This document shows positions 43,996 to 55,121 of a stretch of 64,000 nucleotides of DNA, in pieces. Under the pieces are notes generated by a model. That model was not told the DNA's origin. It worked only from the letters and a program-made list of their open reading frames with translations, and searched no databases. The number at the start of each line of letters is the position of its first letter. Position 1 is the stretch's first letter. The position numbers were made by a program, and so were the translations under genes. The stretch is from Candidatus Dadabacteria bacterium (GTDB lineage Bacteria; Desulfobacterota_D; UBA1144; Nemesobacterales; Nemesobacteraceae), in NCBI GenBank assembly GCA_007571325.1, contig RKRQ01000065.1, positions 7,972-71,971 of the forward strand. Direction: 5' to 3'.

Positions 43996-44898
43996 ATGAG
44001 TATTGTTGTTGTAGGTTCGGTAGGGATTGACACTATAGAAACGCCTTTTGGGAAAGAAGAGAATGTGCTGGGGGGATCCGCTAGTTATTTCTCTCTTGCA
44101 GCCAGTAATTTTACGGATGTTCATGTGGTTTCATCTGTAGGGAACGATTTTCCATCAGCTTATTCAGAACTACTTTATTCAAGGGGGGTTGATACCGAGG
44201 GAATAGAGGTTGGTGCGGGAGAAACCTTCAGATGGGAAGGCAGATACGGCTATGATATGAAGGACCCTGAAACTATTTCCGTTACGCTTGGCGTTTTGGG
44301 CTCATTTGACCCCGTGGTTCCTGGAAAGCATAGAGATACGAAATATCTTTTTCTGGCTAACACAGACCCTGAAATACAGATGAAGGTTCTTGATCAGATT
44401 AATTCACCTCGTATTGTTGCCTGTGATACTATGAATTTCTGGATAGAGAACAAGCCACAGAGGCTCAAAGAACTTCTGGGAAGAGTCAACATACTAATAA
44501 TAAACGATTCTGAAGCACGACAACTATCTGAAGAGTCTCTGGTTACAAAAGCGGCGAAAAAAATAATGAGCATGGGTCCAGAATTTCTTATAGTAAAAAG
44601 AGGAGAGCACGGAGCCTTGCTCTTTTCTCAAGAAGATTTGTTTTGCGCACCTAGCTATCTGCTTGAGCAAGTGCTTGACCCTACAGGGGCAGGGGACACA
44701 TTTGCCGGAGGATTTATGGGTTATGTGGCATCTCAGGATAAAAATCTCGACTTCGCTGGCTTAAAGAAAGGGGTTGCTTATGGAAGCGTTATTGCTTCTT
44801 TTACTGTTGAAGACTTCAGCGTGAGACGTCTCGGTTCGCTTCGAAAAGAGGAAATAAAGGAAAGATACGGACAGTTTCTGAAACTTTCAGCCATGTAG
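43996..44898 (+). CDS. PfkB/ribokinase family kinase
   Basis: GGSASY, DPTGAGDTFAGG; SD GAGG before ATG 43996. Confidence 0.9.
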   Translation: MSIVVVGSVGIDTIETPFGKEENVLGGSASYFSLAASNFTDVHVVSSVGNDFPSAYSELLYSRGVDTEGIEVGAGETFRWEGRYGYDMKDPETISVTLGVLGSFDPVVPGKHRDTKYLFLANTDPEIQMKVLDQINSPRIVACDTMNFWIENKPQRLKELLGRVNILIINDSEARQLSEESLVTKAAKKIMSMGPEFLIVKRGEHGALLFSQEDLFCAPSYLLEQVLDPTGAGDTFAGGFMGYVASQDKNLDFAGLKKGVAYGSVIASFTVEDFSVRRLGSLRKEEIKERYGQFLKLSAM

Positions 44899-44907
44899 AA
44901 GAAAAGA

Positions 44908-45171
44908 TCAGCTAAGTGATTTCACGTATTTCATGCGTATGTTGTAAATCATGTCGTCGAGAAGCTTCTTTTCTTCTTCCGTAAGATTGCCCTCGGTTTT
45001 TTCTGCTAATATTTCTAGTATTGTTATAGTGTGGTTGGCAGCTGGAATATTAACTTCTCTTTTTTTTGAGTGTGGGTCGGGAATTTCTCCCAAGTGAATA
45101 AGGGCAGAGGCGTTTAACGAAAGAATAAACCCTGAAAAATCCATCTTTAATTCGTCTTTTCTACCGCTCAC
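44908..45171 (-). CDS. DUF1844-like small protein
   Basis: F..FILSL...A.IHLG...P and L..KT.GNL..EE pattern; GTG start after AAGGAG. Confidence 0.75.
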   Translation of the reverse strand: MSGRKDELKMDFSGFILSLNASALIHLGEIPDPHSKKREVNIPAANHTITILEILAEKTEGNLTEEEKKLLDDMIYNIRMKYVKSLS

Positions 45172-45209
45172 AGTAAGTTACTCTCCTTTTATAAGTAAAT
45201 TTTTACCAA

Positions 45210-46160
45210 TTATAGATACTGACGGAATTTTTTTCTAGGGTTATAGGGGTATTTCTCTTTGATCTGCCTCATTATGCTTTCCATATATTCATCAGATTCC
45301 TCTGGCATCGCTATTTGAATAATTACAAACTGATCTCCCCGTTTGCCGGTTTTTGGATTCTTCACTCCTTTTTCTCTAAGCCTCATTTTAGTACCACTTC
45401 CAACCCCGGGTGGAATGGTCAACTTTACCGAATTCTCTATTGTTGGTACGTTGACTAGGGCTCCCAGCGCTGCTTCATAAACTGTCAAAGGAAGATCAAT
45501 ATATATGTCATCTTCTTCTCTCCGAAAAACGGGGTGAGGTAAAACTTTTATTTCGAGTATTAAGTCTCCGGCCGCAGAACTGAGTTGTTCACCTTTGCCC
45601 GGCAGCCTTATCTTGGATCCGGTTTTTACTCCCGCCGGAATTTTAACCGTTATTCTTTTTGTTCTGCCTTCGGGAGATTTAATCAGAAGTTCCCTTTCTT
45701 CACCTTCCACCGCAGCTTTAAAATCAATTGTTATGGTCTGCTGGATGTTTTTCGGTTTTTTTGGCTGCTGATACACACTCCCGAAATCAAAAATATCCCC
45801 GAAATTCCCTCCTGCTCCACCCATACCATAGGATGTACGTCCCTGGGAAAATATATCTTTGAAAATTTCATCTATCCCTGGAAAACCTCGTGAATACTGC
45901 CTGTAGTTTCCACCGCTTCCCGGCCTCTGTCCTCCAAAACCTGTTGTTCCGAACATGTCATAGTTCTTTTTCTTCTCCTGGTCAGAAAGAGTTTCATAAG
46001 CGTGCTGTATTTCCTTGAATTTCTCCTCTGATCTTTTATCTCCCTGGTTCATGTCAGGGTGATGTTTTCTAGCAAGATCTCTATATGCCTTTTTTATCTG
46101 TTCTTGCGTTGCGCTTCGTGGTATGCCAAGTACCGCATAAAGATCCTTTTCCGCATTCAT
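45210..46160 (-). CDS. Class B J-domain protein (CbpA-like)
   Basis: HPD J domain, G/F region, DnaJ C-terminal domain, no zinc finger. Confidence 0.9.
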   Translation of the reverse strand: MNAEKDLYAVLGIPRSATQEQIKKAYRDLARKHHPDMNQGDKRSEEKFKEIQHAYETLSDQEKKKNYDMFGTTGFGGQRPGSGGNYRQYSRGFPGIDEIFKDIFSQGRTSYGMGGAGGNFGDIFDFGSVYQQPKKPKNIQQTITIDFKAAVEGEERELLIKSPEGRTKRITVKIPAGVKTGSKIRLPGKGEQLSSAAGDLILEIKVLPHPVFRREEDDIYIDLPLTVYEAALGALVNVPTIENSVKLTIPPGVGSGTKMRLREKGVKNPKTGKRGDQFVIIQIAMPEESDEYMESIMRQIKEKYPYNPRKKFRQYL

Positions 46161-46303
46161 TAGAACAAAACCCTCATTTTTCCACGCTCTCTATAATTTT
46201 ACTTAAGATTAAAAGATGTTAATAAGAATATGTTCATTGATTAAGTAATAAGGCAATCATCCTCTTGGAGCTTCTTGATACCTGAGGAAATTGCTTTAAT
46301 TGC

Positions 46304-47347
46304 TTAGTTTTCTATTGATTCAAGTATCCTGTCAGCAATTTTGGAAAAGGCCTTTGCTGCGGTACTTTGGGGGTCAGACTCCACAATAGGGGTTCCGTTA
46401 TCGCCACCGATTCTTATCCTGGGATCAAGAGGAATTTCTCCCAGAAACGGAACTTCAAACCTTTCTGCCATACGCCTTCCTCCACCCCTGCCGAATATGT
46501 CAATATTTTTGTCTACGTCGGGCATATCTAGATAACTCATATTCTCCACTATGCCGAGAATGGGAATATTGAGTTTGTTAAACATCAGTATTCCCCTCCG
46601 TACGTCTACAAGGGCTACATCCTGCGGAGTGGTCACTATAACTCCTCCACTTATTGGAGCCGTCTGTGCTAAAGAAAGCTGAGCGTCCCCTGTCCCCGGA
46701 GGAAGGTCAATTACAAGATAATCAGTTCCACTCCACTCCACATCTTCAACAAACTGCTTTATTGCTCCGTGTACCATAGGCCCTCTCCATATGACGGCAT
46801 CTTCCTCATTAACAAGGAATCCGATAGACATTACCTTGAGACCAAATTTCTCTATCGGAATGATCTTGTCGTTGGCTGTTGCACGGGGTTTTTCACTTAT
46901 TCCCATCATTAATGGGGCACTTGGTCCCCAGATGTCGGCATCCATAAGGCCGACTTTATTTCTTTTTTTTGAAATTGCCAGAGAAAGATTTGTCGCTATG
47001 GTCGATTTGCCGACCCCTCCCTTTCCACTTGCGACAGCTATATAGTATTTTATACTGGGAAGTTTGCTTTTTTCATTATCGTTTGTAGCTATCTGCTTTT
47101 GTGGCCGCGAGCCGATTTTCATTGATATATCTTCGACTCCGGGTATTGCAAAAATAGCTTTCCGTATTTCTTCTTCAAGCGTGGACTGGAGTTTTTTATC
47201 AGGTTTAGGAAGAACTACAGAGAGAGTTACTTTTGAGTCTTCTACCATAATATCTTTCACTAGACCGAAGGATATTATATCGCGGTTAAAACCTGGATAG
47301 TTAACGCTCTTAAGAACCTTTGTTATCCGTTCTCTGGTTAGTTTCAT
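46304..47347 (-). CDS. apbC: Mrp/ApbC Fe-S cluster carrier ATPase with N-terminal DUF59 domain
   Basis: SGKGGVGKST, WRGPM, DLPPGTGD, VTTPQ, ENMS; ATG 47347 after GGGGAG. Confidence 0.9.
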   Translation of the reverse strand: MKLTRERITKVLKSVNYPGFNRDIISFGLVKDIMVEDSKVTLSVVLPKPDKKLQSTLEEEIRKAIFAIPGVEDISMKIGSRPQKQIATNDNEKSKLPSIKYYIAVASGKGGVGKSTIATNLSLAISKKRNKVGLMDADIWGPSAPLMMGISEKPRATANDKIIPIEKFGLKVMSIGFLVNEEDAVIWRGPMVHGAIKQFVEDVEWSGTDYLVIDLPPGTGDAQLSLAQTAPISGGVIVTTPQDVALVDVRRGILMFNKLNIPILGIVENMSYLDMPDVDKNIDIFGRGGGRRMAERFEVPFLGEIPLDPRIRIGGDNGTPIVESDPQSTAAKAFSKIADRILESIEN

Positions 47348-47361
47348 GTAGAAATCTCCCC

Positions 47362-47763
47362 CTAAACGATACCCAGTTTTTTCTTCCCTTCTTCGGATAT
47401 CATGTCGGGGTTCCAGGGAGGGTCCCAAATTACTTCTATAAGTACATTGTCGGCTCCGGCGTTTTTAAGAGCCATCTCAGCTTGGCCCGCTATATGCGCG
47501 CCCATAGCGCATCCCGGGGTGGTAAGTGTCATCTTGATCTGAACGTTTCGTCCAGAAATCTGTGTATCGTAAATAAGTCCAAGGTCCACTATATTCACCG
47601 GAAGTTCTGGGTCATTCACTTCCTTAAGAGCATTGTAGATGAGCTCTTCTGTTATTTCGGAACCTCTCTCAGACTTTTTCTTTTCGAACTTAGTAAAAGA
47701 TACGGCGTTTTTATTCTTTGAAGAATCCTCCCTGTCTATACGGATGATTTTTTTTATTCCCAT
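47362..47763 (-). CDS. SufT/DUF59 Fe-S assembly protein
   Basis: DPELPVNIVDLGLIY, MTLTTPGC, WDPPW. Confidence 0.9.
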   Translation of the reverse strand: MGIKKIIRIDREDSSKNKNAVSFTKFEKKKSERGSEITEELIYNALKEVNDPELPVNIVDLGLIYDTQISGRNVQIKMTLTTPGCAMGAHIAGQAEMALKNAGADNVLIEVIWDPPWNPDMISEEGKKKLGIV

Positions 47764-48040
47764 GGACTCTTGCCTCCTGATTTTTGCTGTCGTTTACAAA
47801 AACATATAGAACTTACGCCAGCAGTTTTAAAGTTTTTCACTAGCTGTAGAATTTAAGATATTTCTTCGCTTCGGTCAATTATGGAAAAGACGCTATGGTT
47901 CTTGAATTTGATTAGAACCCTACAAACTCTGTTACGCTGTTAACTTTACAGCTTTTAGGATTATTTAAAAGAAATAAAAGTTCGGGAATTTCAACTGCAT
48001 GACTGGATATTTGAGAGCGAATATCTGGTTTTCCCTTTTC

Positions 48041-48069
48041 TTGACAGTGTAATAACTATTCAATAGCAT
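48041..48069 (+). promoter_or_regulatory. Sigma70-type promoter of ispG-proS (near-leaderless)
   Basis: TTGACA-17 nt-TAGCAT ending 12 nt before the ATG; no SD. Confidence 0.6.
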
Positions 48070-48081
48070 TCTCCCCAAGTT

Positions 48082-49140
48082 ATGAGGCAATCCCGGCAAA
48101 TCTCAGTTGGCGACGTGAAAATAGGCGGGGGAGCTTCTGTGTCAGTCCAGTCAATGACGATTACTGACACAAGAGATGTTATCTCAACTGTTTCTCAGAT
48201 AAAAAAACTTGAGGAAGCGGGCTGTGACATAGTGAGGGTTGCCGTTCCGGATATGGATGCCGCGGTAGCTTTGGGAGCCATAAAAAAAGAGATAAAAATC
48301 CCTCTTATTTCAGATATACACTTTGATTATAGACTGGCCCTTGAATCAATAGAACAGGGAGTTGACGGGATGAGAATAAATCCCGGAAACATCGGAGCCA
48401 AGTACAGAATAAGGGCGGTGGTTGATGCCTGCAGGGAAAGACGGATTCCGATAAGAATAGGTGTGAATTCGGGCTCTCTTCAAAAAGATATACTCAGAAA
48501 GCACAAGCATCCAACTGCAGAAGCCCTGGTTGAAAGCGCCATGAGGCATGTGCAGATACTTGAGGATCTTGATTTTTACGACATGAAGATTTCCGTTAAA
48601 TCCAGTGACGTTAGGAAGATGATCTCCGCATACAGAATGCTCGCGGAGAAAACGGAATATCCTCTTCATCTTGGAGTTACTGAGGCGGGAACCCCTGGAA
48701 TGGGAACGGTGAAATCTTCAATAGGAATCGGAGCGCTGCTGGCGGAAGGTATAGGAGATACGATAAGGGTCTCTTTAACGGGTGATCCGGTGGAAGAGAT
48801 TGTTGTCGGAATGAATATATTGAGGTCTTTAGGAATGAAAAACAACGGGATTGAGCTTATCTCGTGCCCAGGGTGTGGGCGACTTGAGATAGATCTTGAG
48901 AAACTTGTTTCGGAAGTTGAACAGAATGTCGCCGCTTTTAACCTTCCGAGACCAGTTAAAGTTGCGATACTGGGTTGCGTTGTTAATGGACCGGGTGAAG
49001 CTTCTGAAGCCGATATAGGAATAGCGGGGGGAAGGGGAAAAGGAATGCTTTACCGCGATGGGAAGTTGGTGAAATCTTTTAGAGAAGCTGATCTGGTCGG
49101 TGAACTTGTTAAGGAAATAGAAAAAAACTACGTTAATTGA
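48082..49140 (+). CDS. ispG: HMBPP synthase (MEP pathway)
   Basis: VQSMT, DIHF, RINPGN, HLGVTEAG, SCPGCGR, GCVVNGPGE. Confidence 0.97.
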   Translation: MRQSRQISVGDVKIGGGASVSVQSMTITDTRDVISTVSQIKKLEEAGCDIVRVAVPDMDAAVALGAIKKEIKIPLISDIHFDYRLALESIEQGVDGMRINPGNIGAKYRIRAVVDACRERRIPIRIGVNSGSLQKDILRKHKHPTAEALVESAMRHVQILEDLDFYDMKISVKSSDVRKMISAYRMLAEKTEYPLHLGVTEAGTPGMGTVKSSIGIGALLAEGIGDTIRVSLTGDPVEEIVVGMNILRSLGMKNNGIELISCPGCGRLEIDLEKLVSEVEQNVAAFNLPRPVKVAILGCVVNGPGEASEADIGIAGGRGKGMLYRDGKLVKSFREADLVGELVKEIEKNYVN

Positions 49141-49205
49141 ACCAGAATCCCTGTGAAATCGTTATCCAGCTGAATTTCAGATTTCTATATTAAGCAGTAA
49201 AAAAG

Positions 49206-50945
49206 ATGAGATTTTCTTCTTATTTCATACATACGGTCAGAGAAGATCCTTCAGATGCCGAAATCATAAGTCACAAGCTTATGATAAGGGCTGGAATGAT
49301 AAGAAAACTTGCCGCCGGAATATATAATTACCTTCCTTTGGGGCTGCGGTCCATAAGAAAAGTTGAGAACATAGTTCGGGAGGAAATGAATAGAGCTGGA
49401 GCAATTGAGCTTCTAATGCCCACTGTGCTTCCGGCTGAACCTTGGACTGAAAGCGGCAGATGGGATTACTACGGAAAGGAACTTCTTCGCTTCAAGGACC
49501 GCACCGAACGGGATTTTTGTCTTGGTCCAACACATGAGGAAATAATAACTGACATAGTGCGAAAAGAGGTTCGTTCCTACAAGCAACTCCCAGTTAATTT
49601 TTACCAGATACAGACTAAATTCAGAGATGAAATCCGCCCTCGGTTCGGAGTTATGAGGGCGCGTGAGTTTATAATGAAAGATGCATATAGTTTTGACGTC
49701 TCAGACGATCAGGCAGACCATTCCTACCAAGCAATGTACGACACTTATGTGCGCATATTCGAGCGGTGCGGACTTGAATTCAGTGTAGTTGCCGCTGATT
49801 CCGGAAACATTGGCGGAAGTTTTTCTCATGAATTTATGGTGACCGCTGATACAGGGGAAGATGTGATAATGAGTTCCACAAAAGCCGATTACGTCGCCAA
49901 CTTAGAACTTGCAAAAATTGGTGTCTCAGAAGAGGAAAGGGAAGGAACAAGAAGCACATCGGGCCTTGATAAGATTTCTGAGATTCATACTCCAGGTCTT
50001 AAGACGATTGAAGATGTGGCACAACTTTTAAAAGTAAAACCCGATAAATTAATAAAAACCCTTATAGTGAATACTGAAACAAAACCGATTGTTGCACTCG
50101 TGAGAGGAGATGCTGAACTCAGCTTAACCAAGCTTAGAAATTTTCTCGGATGCGATGTCATAGAATTTGCCGACGCTCAAACAATTTCTGAGGTTTCAGG
50201 TGGACCCCTTGGGTTCAGTGGTCCCGTGGGACTTAAAAGAAAGGATGTAAAACTAATTGCCGATAAATCTATTCGTAATATGACAAATGCTGTGACAGGA
50301 GCTAATAAGGCTGATTACCACATAATTGGTGTGAACCCAGGGCGGGACTTTGAAGCTGATTTTTATGAGGATATAAGAGTGGCAAGGGAAGGGGATCCCT
50401 GCCCGATTTCCGAAGATGGAGTTCTTAAAGAGTCGAGAGGCATTGAGGTTGGACACGTGTTCAAACTGGGAACCAAATACAGTGAAGCCTTGGGAGCTAC
50501 CTATGTGGATGAGAGTGGGGCGGAGAAACACCTTGTTATGGGTTGTTACGGTATAGGTATAGGAAGAACTGTAGCCGCGGCTATAGAACAGAATAACGAT
50601 GAGTATGGAATAAAATTTCCTTTACCTCTGGCTCCATTTGAAGTTTCCATACTACCGATAAATATAAAACAACAAGAGGTAAAGGACACGGCGGAGAAAA
50701 TATATTCAGAGCTTATAAGTAATGGGGTTGATGTTCTGATAGACGACAGGCAAGAAACTGCCGGGGTGAAATTCAAGGACTCAGACCTGCTTGGAATCCC
50801 GATTCAGATTACTATAGGACGAAGGAGCCTGCAGGAAGGTAAGGTAGAGATAAAAAAAAGAAACTCGGGAGAAAGAAAAACTTTGGCTTTGGAAGACCTC
50901 CAAGGAGAAATTGCAGCTCTTTTAGCTGAAGAGAAAGTATGCTAG
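49206..50945 (+). CDS. proS: Proline--tRNA ligase (bacterial type with editing insertion)
   Basis: LGPTHEE, FRDEIRPRFG, GIEVGH.FKLG, MGCYGIG. Confidence 0.97.
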   Translation: MRFSSYFIHTVREDPSDAEIISHKLMIRAGMIRKLAAGIYNYLPLGLRSIRKVENIVREEMNRAGAIELLMPTVLPAEPWTESGRWDYYGKELLRFKDRTERDFCLGPTHEEIITDIVRKEVRSYKQLPVNFYQIQTKFRDEIRPRFGVMRAREFIMKDAYSFDVSDDQADHSYQAMYDTYVRIFERCGLEFSVVAADSGNIGGSFSHEFMVTADTGEDVIMSSTKADYVANLELAKIGVSEEEREGTRSTSGLDKISEIHTPGLKTIEDVAQLLKVKPDKLIKTLIVNTETKPIVALVRGDAELSLTKLRNFLGCDVIEFADAQTISEVSGGPLGFSGPVGLKRKDVKLIADKSIRNMTNAVTGANKADYHIIGVNPGRDFEADFYEDIRVAREGDPCPISEDGVLKESRGIEVGHVFKLGTKYSEALGATYVDESGAEKHLVMGCYGIGIGRTVAAAIEQNNDEYGIKFPLPLAPFEVSILPINIKQQEVKDTAEKIYSELISNGVDVLIDDRQETAGVKFKDSDLLGIPIQITIGRRSLQEGKVEIKKRNSGERKTLALEDLQGEIAALLAEEKVC

Positions 50946-51004
50946 TGAGTGGTCGGCCATATTCAGAAATCATTTTATCCCAAAAACCAAATTTTAATAT
51001 GCAG

Positions 51005-53590
51005 TTACTTTTTTCCGAAAGTGAAATTTCCATCTTTGTCTATATCTACTTTTACTGTAGTTAAATCCCCAAAATTTCCTTCTATTATTTCATTTGCAAG
51101 TGGATCCTGTATATATCTCTGCATAGCACGTTTGAGCGGTCTCGCTCCAAAAACAGGATCGTAACCAATATCGACTAGTTTATTAATGGCTTCCTTGGAA
51201 AGTTCTATGTCCATATTTTTCTCCTTGAGCCTTTCTCTCAGATATCCGGTCTGAATGTTAGCTATCTTCATAAGGTCAGTTTTTCCCAAATCGCTGAATA
51301 TAACGATCTCGTCAATTCTATTTACGAACTCGGGGCGGAAATGGTTTCCAAGCAGTCCATTTATTTTGCTTTTCACCTCTTTATTATTCCCTGATTGTTC
51401 CTGTATATAGCGACTTCCAAGATTAGATGTCATTATTATTATAGTATTTCTGAAGTCTATGGTCTTTCCTCTCCCATCAGTGAGCCTGCCATCGTCAAGA
51501 ATCTGAAGGAGCAGATTAAACACATCGGCGTGCGCCTTTTCTATCTCATCAAGAAGGACTACTGAGTAGGGGCGCCTTTTCACTGCTTCTGAAAGCTGCC
51601 CACCTTCTTCATACCCAACATATCCGGGAGGTGCTCCGATCAATCTCGATACGGAGTGTTTTTCCATATATTCGCTCATGTCAATCCGTATAATCGCGTT
51701 ATCATCATCAAACATGAATTCGGCAAGCGATTTGGCAAGTTCTGTCTTTCCAACTCCAGTGGATCCAAGAAATATAAAGGAGCTTATCGGCTTCTTCGGG
51801 TCTGAGAGTCCGGCTCTTGACCTGCGAAGTGCATTTGAAACCAGTACTATCGCTTCTGACTGTCCTACTACTCGTTTGGAGAGTCTTTTTTCCATATGAA
51901 CGAGTTTTTTTGCCTCTTCTTCAACAAGATTCGATACGGGTATTCCTGTCCACTTTGATACGACCATGGCTATGTCCTCAGCGCTTACCTCTTCGCGAAG
52001 CATCTCCTTCTGACTCTGTATTTCAGAAAGTGCTGTGCTCAGGCTTTTCATTTGCTTTTCAAGCTCAGGAATCCTGCCATAGAGAAATTCTGATGCACGG
52101 GAAAAATCTCCTTCTCTCTGCGCTTTTTCCATATCAATCTTACGGTCTTCTATTTCTTTTTTGACTTTTCTTATTTTTGATATGTAATTTTTTTCCTTCA
52201 GCCAATGTGATTCAAGCGTTTCTGCTTTCTTTTTCAACTCTAAAAGGTCTTGTTCAATACTTTCAAGCTTTTCAAGAAGTTTAGTGTCCTGTTCTTTTCT
52301 TAATCCCTCCCTCTCTATTTCAAGGCGCATTATCTTTCTTTTTAACTCGTCCACTTCCACCGGAACAGAATCAATTTCCATTTTCAGCCTCGCTGAAGCT
52401 TCATCCATGAGATCAACCGCTTTATCAGGAAGAAACCGCCCGGAGATATATCTGTGCGATAGCCGAGCGGCAGCAACAAGAGCCTCATCCTTGATTTTTA
52501 CGCCATGATGAATTTCATATTTTTCCTTAAGGCCTCTTAGGATTGACACGCTTTCCTCAACTGAAGGTTCATCAACGTAGACCTGCTGGAATCTACGTTC
52601 AAGTGCTGAATCCTTTTCTATATGATTTCTGTATTCATCAAGAGTGGTTGCCCCTATGCAATGAAGTTCTCCACGCGCTAAAGCCGGTTTGAGCATATTT
52701 GATGCATCCATAGCCCCCTCAGCTGCTCCTGCCCCCACGACAGTGTGTATTTCATCTATAAAAAGAATCACCTCTCCCCGAGACTCAACGACTTCTTTCA
52801 GCACTGCCTTGAGTCTCTCTTCAAATTGACCTCTGTACTGGGCTCCGGCAATAAGTGATCCCAGGTCAAGAGAAATTAGTTTCTTGTCTTTAAGTCCTTC
52901 TGGAATATCAGAGTTAACTATGCGCTGAGCAAGTCCCTCAACTATAGCCGTTTTTCCCACGCCAGGTTCTCCTATAAGCACCGGATTGTTTTTCGTTCTT
53001 CGAAGAAGTACCCGAATTACGTTTCTTATCTCATCATCTCTTCCAATAACGGGGTCTATTTCCCCATTTCGGGCAAGTTCTGTAAAATCCTTTCCGTACT
53101 GACGAAGTGGCTCCATAATATCTTCAGGATTTTGTGTGTTCACACTCTGGTTCCCCCTAAGCTCTTTAAGTATCTTTAGAATTTTTTCCTTGGTTACATC
53201 TGACTCTGAAAACCCGTCTTTCAGCTCCTCATTGGCACACGAAACAGTTCCAATAAGAATGTGCTCAGTACTTATATATTTATCTCCGAGGTCTTTTGCC
53301 TCCTTATCAGCCAACTGGATTGCAGAATGAAGTTTTCTGCTCATGTATATATGAGCAGGTATTCCTTGCACTCTGGGAAGTTTAGATATCTGTTTCTCAG
53401 CCATTTGTGCGAGCGCAATGTGATCTACTCCCAGTCGCTCTAGAATTCTGATTGGCATCCCGGGCTTATTTACAAGAGCTATGAATATGTGCGGCAGGTC
53501 AATCACCTGATTTTTCCTGTCGCTTGCCACATTCTGAGCTTCTAAAATAATTTCCCGGGATTTTAAAGTGAATTTTTCAGGCGAAATCAT
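51005..53590 (-). CDS. clpB: ATP-dependent disaggregase ClpB
   Basis: Two AAA+ modules ([16 protein letters not shown]), long coiled-coil middle domain, GARPL; start ATG 53590 or GTG 53599. Confidence 0.96.
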   Translation of the reverse strand: MISPEKFTLKSREIILEAQNVASDRKNQVIDLPHIFIALVNKPGMPIRILERLGVDHIALAQMAEKQISKLPRVQGIPAHIYMSRKLHSAIQLADKEAKDLGDKYISTEHILIGTVSCANEELKDGFSESDVTKEKILKILKELRGNQSVNTQNPEDIMEPLRQYGKDFTELARNGEIDPVIGRDDEIRNVIRVLLRRTKNNPVLIGEPGVGKTAIVEGLAQRIVNSDIPEGLKDKKLISLDLGSLIAGAQYRGQFEERLKAVLKEVVESRGEVILFIDEIHTVVGAGAAEGAMDASNMLKPALARGELHCIGATTLDEYRNHIEKDSALERRFQQVYVDEPSVEESVSILRGLKEKYEIHHGVKIKDEALVAAARLSHRYISGRFLPDKAVDLMDEASARLKMEIDSVPVEVDELKRKIMRLEIEREGLRKEQDTKLLEKLESIEQDLLELKKKAETLESHWLKEKNYISKIRKVKKEIEDRKIDMEKAQREGDFSRASEFLYGRIPELEKQMKSLSTALSEIQSQKEMLREEVSAEDIAMVVSKWTGIPVSNLVEEEAKKLVHMEKRLSKRVVGQSEAIVLVSNALRRSRAGLSDPKKPISSFIFLGSTGVGKTELAKSLAEFMFDDDNAIIRIDMSEYMEKHSVSRLIGAPPGYVGYEEGGQLSEAVKRRPYSVVLLDEIEKAHADVFNLLLQILDDGRLTDGRGKTIDFRNTIIIMTSNLGSRYIQEQSGNNKEVKSKINGLLGNHFRPEFVNRIDEIVIFSDLGKTDLMKIANIQTGYLRERLKEKNMDIELSKEAINKLVDIGYDPVFGARPLKRAMQRYIQDPLANEIIEGNFGDLTTVKVDIDKDGNFTFGKK

Positions 53591-53674
53591 CTCAATCACA
53601 AAATAATTCTTCTTTGTGTTGAATCAAGAAATTACTTGGAGTTGAAAAAACAAAAACTGTGGAGCGCCAAATAA

Positions 53675-53701
53675 AACCATGCTAAATCCTGGGGCATGGT
53701 T
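53675..53701 (-). terminator. Probable intrinsic terminator downstream of the thiolase gene
   Basis: AACCATGC / GCATGGTT stem followed by a T-rich tract on the minus strand. Confidence 0.55.
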
Positions 53702-53788
53702 AAAACGGCATGCATATAACTCTCTCTGTTTACCTAATCAGAATAGCGGAAAACTGTATAAATGCTTATTGTTAAAGCACCCGATTTG

Positions 53789-54943
53789 TTATTTTCCTAG
53801 AATTGTCACAACGCAGGTAATCCCGTCCATAGCAGGCTGGGCGCCTCCCATGGTTTCAATAATACCAACCTTTGCGTCTTTTACTTGACGCTCAGGTTCA
53901 ACTTCCTCTCTTAACTGTCTTACTATTTCAGCAGTCTGAAGAAGCCCGGTAGCTCCGACCGGATGTCCCCTTGAAAGGAGGCCGCCACTTGGGTTGACTG
54001 CGACTTTGTCGCCTCCTACCCATGTGCTTTTTTGATCTATCAGAGTTGCTCCTTCTCCTTTCTCACAGAAACCTAGGGATTCAACAACCATCATTTCCGC
54101 TATTGAGAAAGCATCGTGAATTTCTGCTACGTCCATATCCTCTGGCCCTAGTCCTGCCATTTCATAAGCCATCTGGGAAGTTCTCCAGACATTCTCGGAC
54201 GGGTCGCAGGTAAGACCTTTAGGACTGCTGTATTTGCCTGACTGGGCGACGCATCCTAGAATTTTTACCGGCATCTTTTTAGCGAGTTCTCCGACATGTT
54301 CCTCAGAACACAATACTGCCGCCGCCGCCGCATCACCCACAGGACAACACATGTTACGCGTAAGCGGGTCAGCTATCATTGGTGCATTTAGCACGTCCTC
54401 AACCGTAGTAGGTTTTCTGTATTGGGCAAGAGGATTTAGAGAAGCATGGTAACGGCTTTTTACGACAACTTCGGCCAACTGTTCCAAGGTAACTCCGTAT
54501 TCGCTCATATACTTTGAGGCTCTTATTGCGTAGAGCCCGGGCATTCCCATACCGATGGATACCTCAAGATCATCTTCCTCAAGAGGCAGTGGACCTCCAG
54601 AGAGAATCCTGCTCAGATTCTCAACGCCGAGAGCAAGTGCTATGTCGTATTGACCATAGGCTATGGTTCTCCAAGCTTCCCAGAGGGAGAGGGTTCCACT
54701 TCCACAGGCTCCCTCAACATTTATTGTCGGTTGTCCGACAAGTCCTATTTCCTTAAGTGCCCTCTGACCAACCCCCATACCTTGGTAAACGTGACCGCAA
54801 AACGCAATTTCTATTTTTCGCGCATGAATTCCCGAATCCTGTATAGCAGCCCATGCCGCTTCTCTTGCGAGCACATGAGCTGGTTTATCGGGAAATCTTC
54901 CACAGGCGGTGTTTCCCACTCCTATGACATAAACATTTCTCAT
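53789..54943 (-). CDS. SCP2/SCP-x-type thiolase family protein
   Basis: VEGACGSG (catalytic Cys), EIHDAF, NPSGGLL.RGHPVGATG. Confidence 0.88.
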   Translation of the reverse strand: MRNVYVIGVGNTACGRFPDKPAHVLAREAAWAAIQDSGIHARKIEIAFCGHVYQGMGVGQRALKEIGLVGQPTINVEGACGSGTLSLWEAWRTIAYGQYDIALALGVENLSRILSGGPLPLEEDDLEVSIGMGMPGLYAIRASKYMSEYGVTLEQLAEVVVKSRYHASLNPLAQYRKPTTVEDVLNAPMIADPLTRNMCCPVGDAAAAAVLCSEEHVGELAKKMPVKILGCVAQSGKYSSPKGLTCDPSENVWRTSQMAYEMAGLGPEDMDVAEIHDAFSIAEMMVVESLGFCEKGEGATLIDQKSTWVGGDKVAVNPSGGLLSRGHPVGATGLLQTAEIVRQLREEVEPERQVKDAKVGIIETMGGAQPAMDGITCVVTILGK

Positions 54944-55121
54944 TGATAACTCCTCCTGCTTGCGCTTTAAGTGTGACGATGAAATATATATAAAATACTT
55001 GGTGTTGTAAAATTTGAGAGATTTTGATTTTGGATGATGAAATTTTTATGATTTAGTGGTATACTGTCGGGAGGGGTTATAAATTTAACTCTGGACAAAA
55101 AACACCCAATAGGAGGTTAAT

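Noticed and set aside
25076..47428. Long N-terminal extensions in the ORF track for gloB, the 34459 ORF, pckA, the PfkB kinase and apbC (also purF and EamA)
   Set aside because: They overlap neighbouring genes or lack family similarity; downstream ATGs fit better, most with SD sites.
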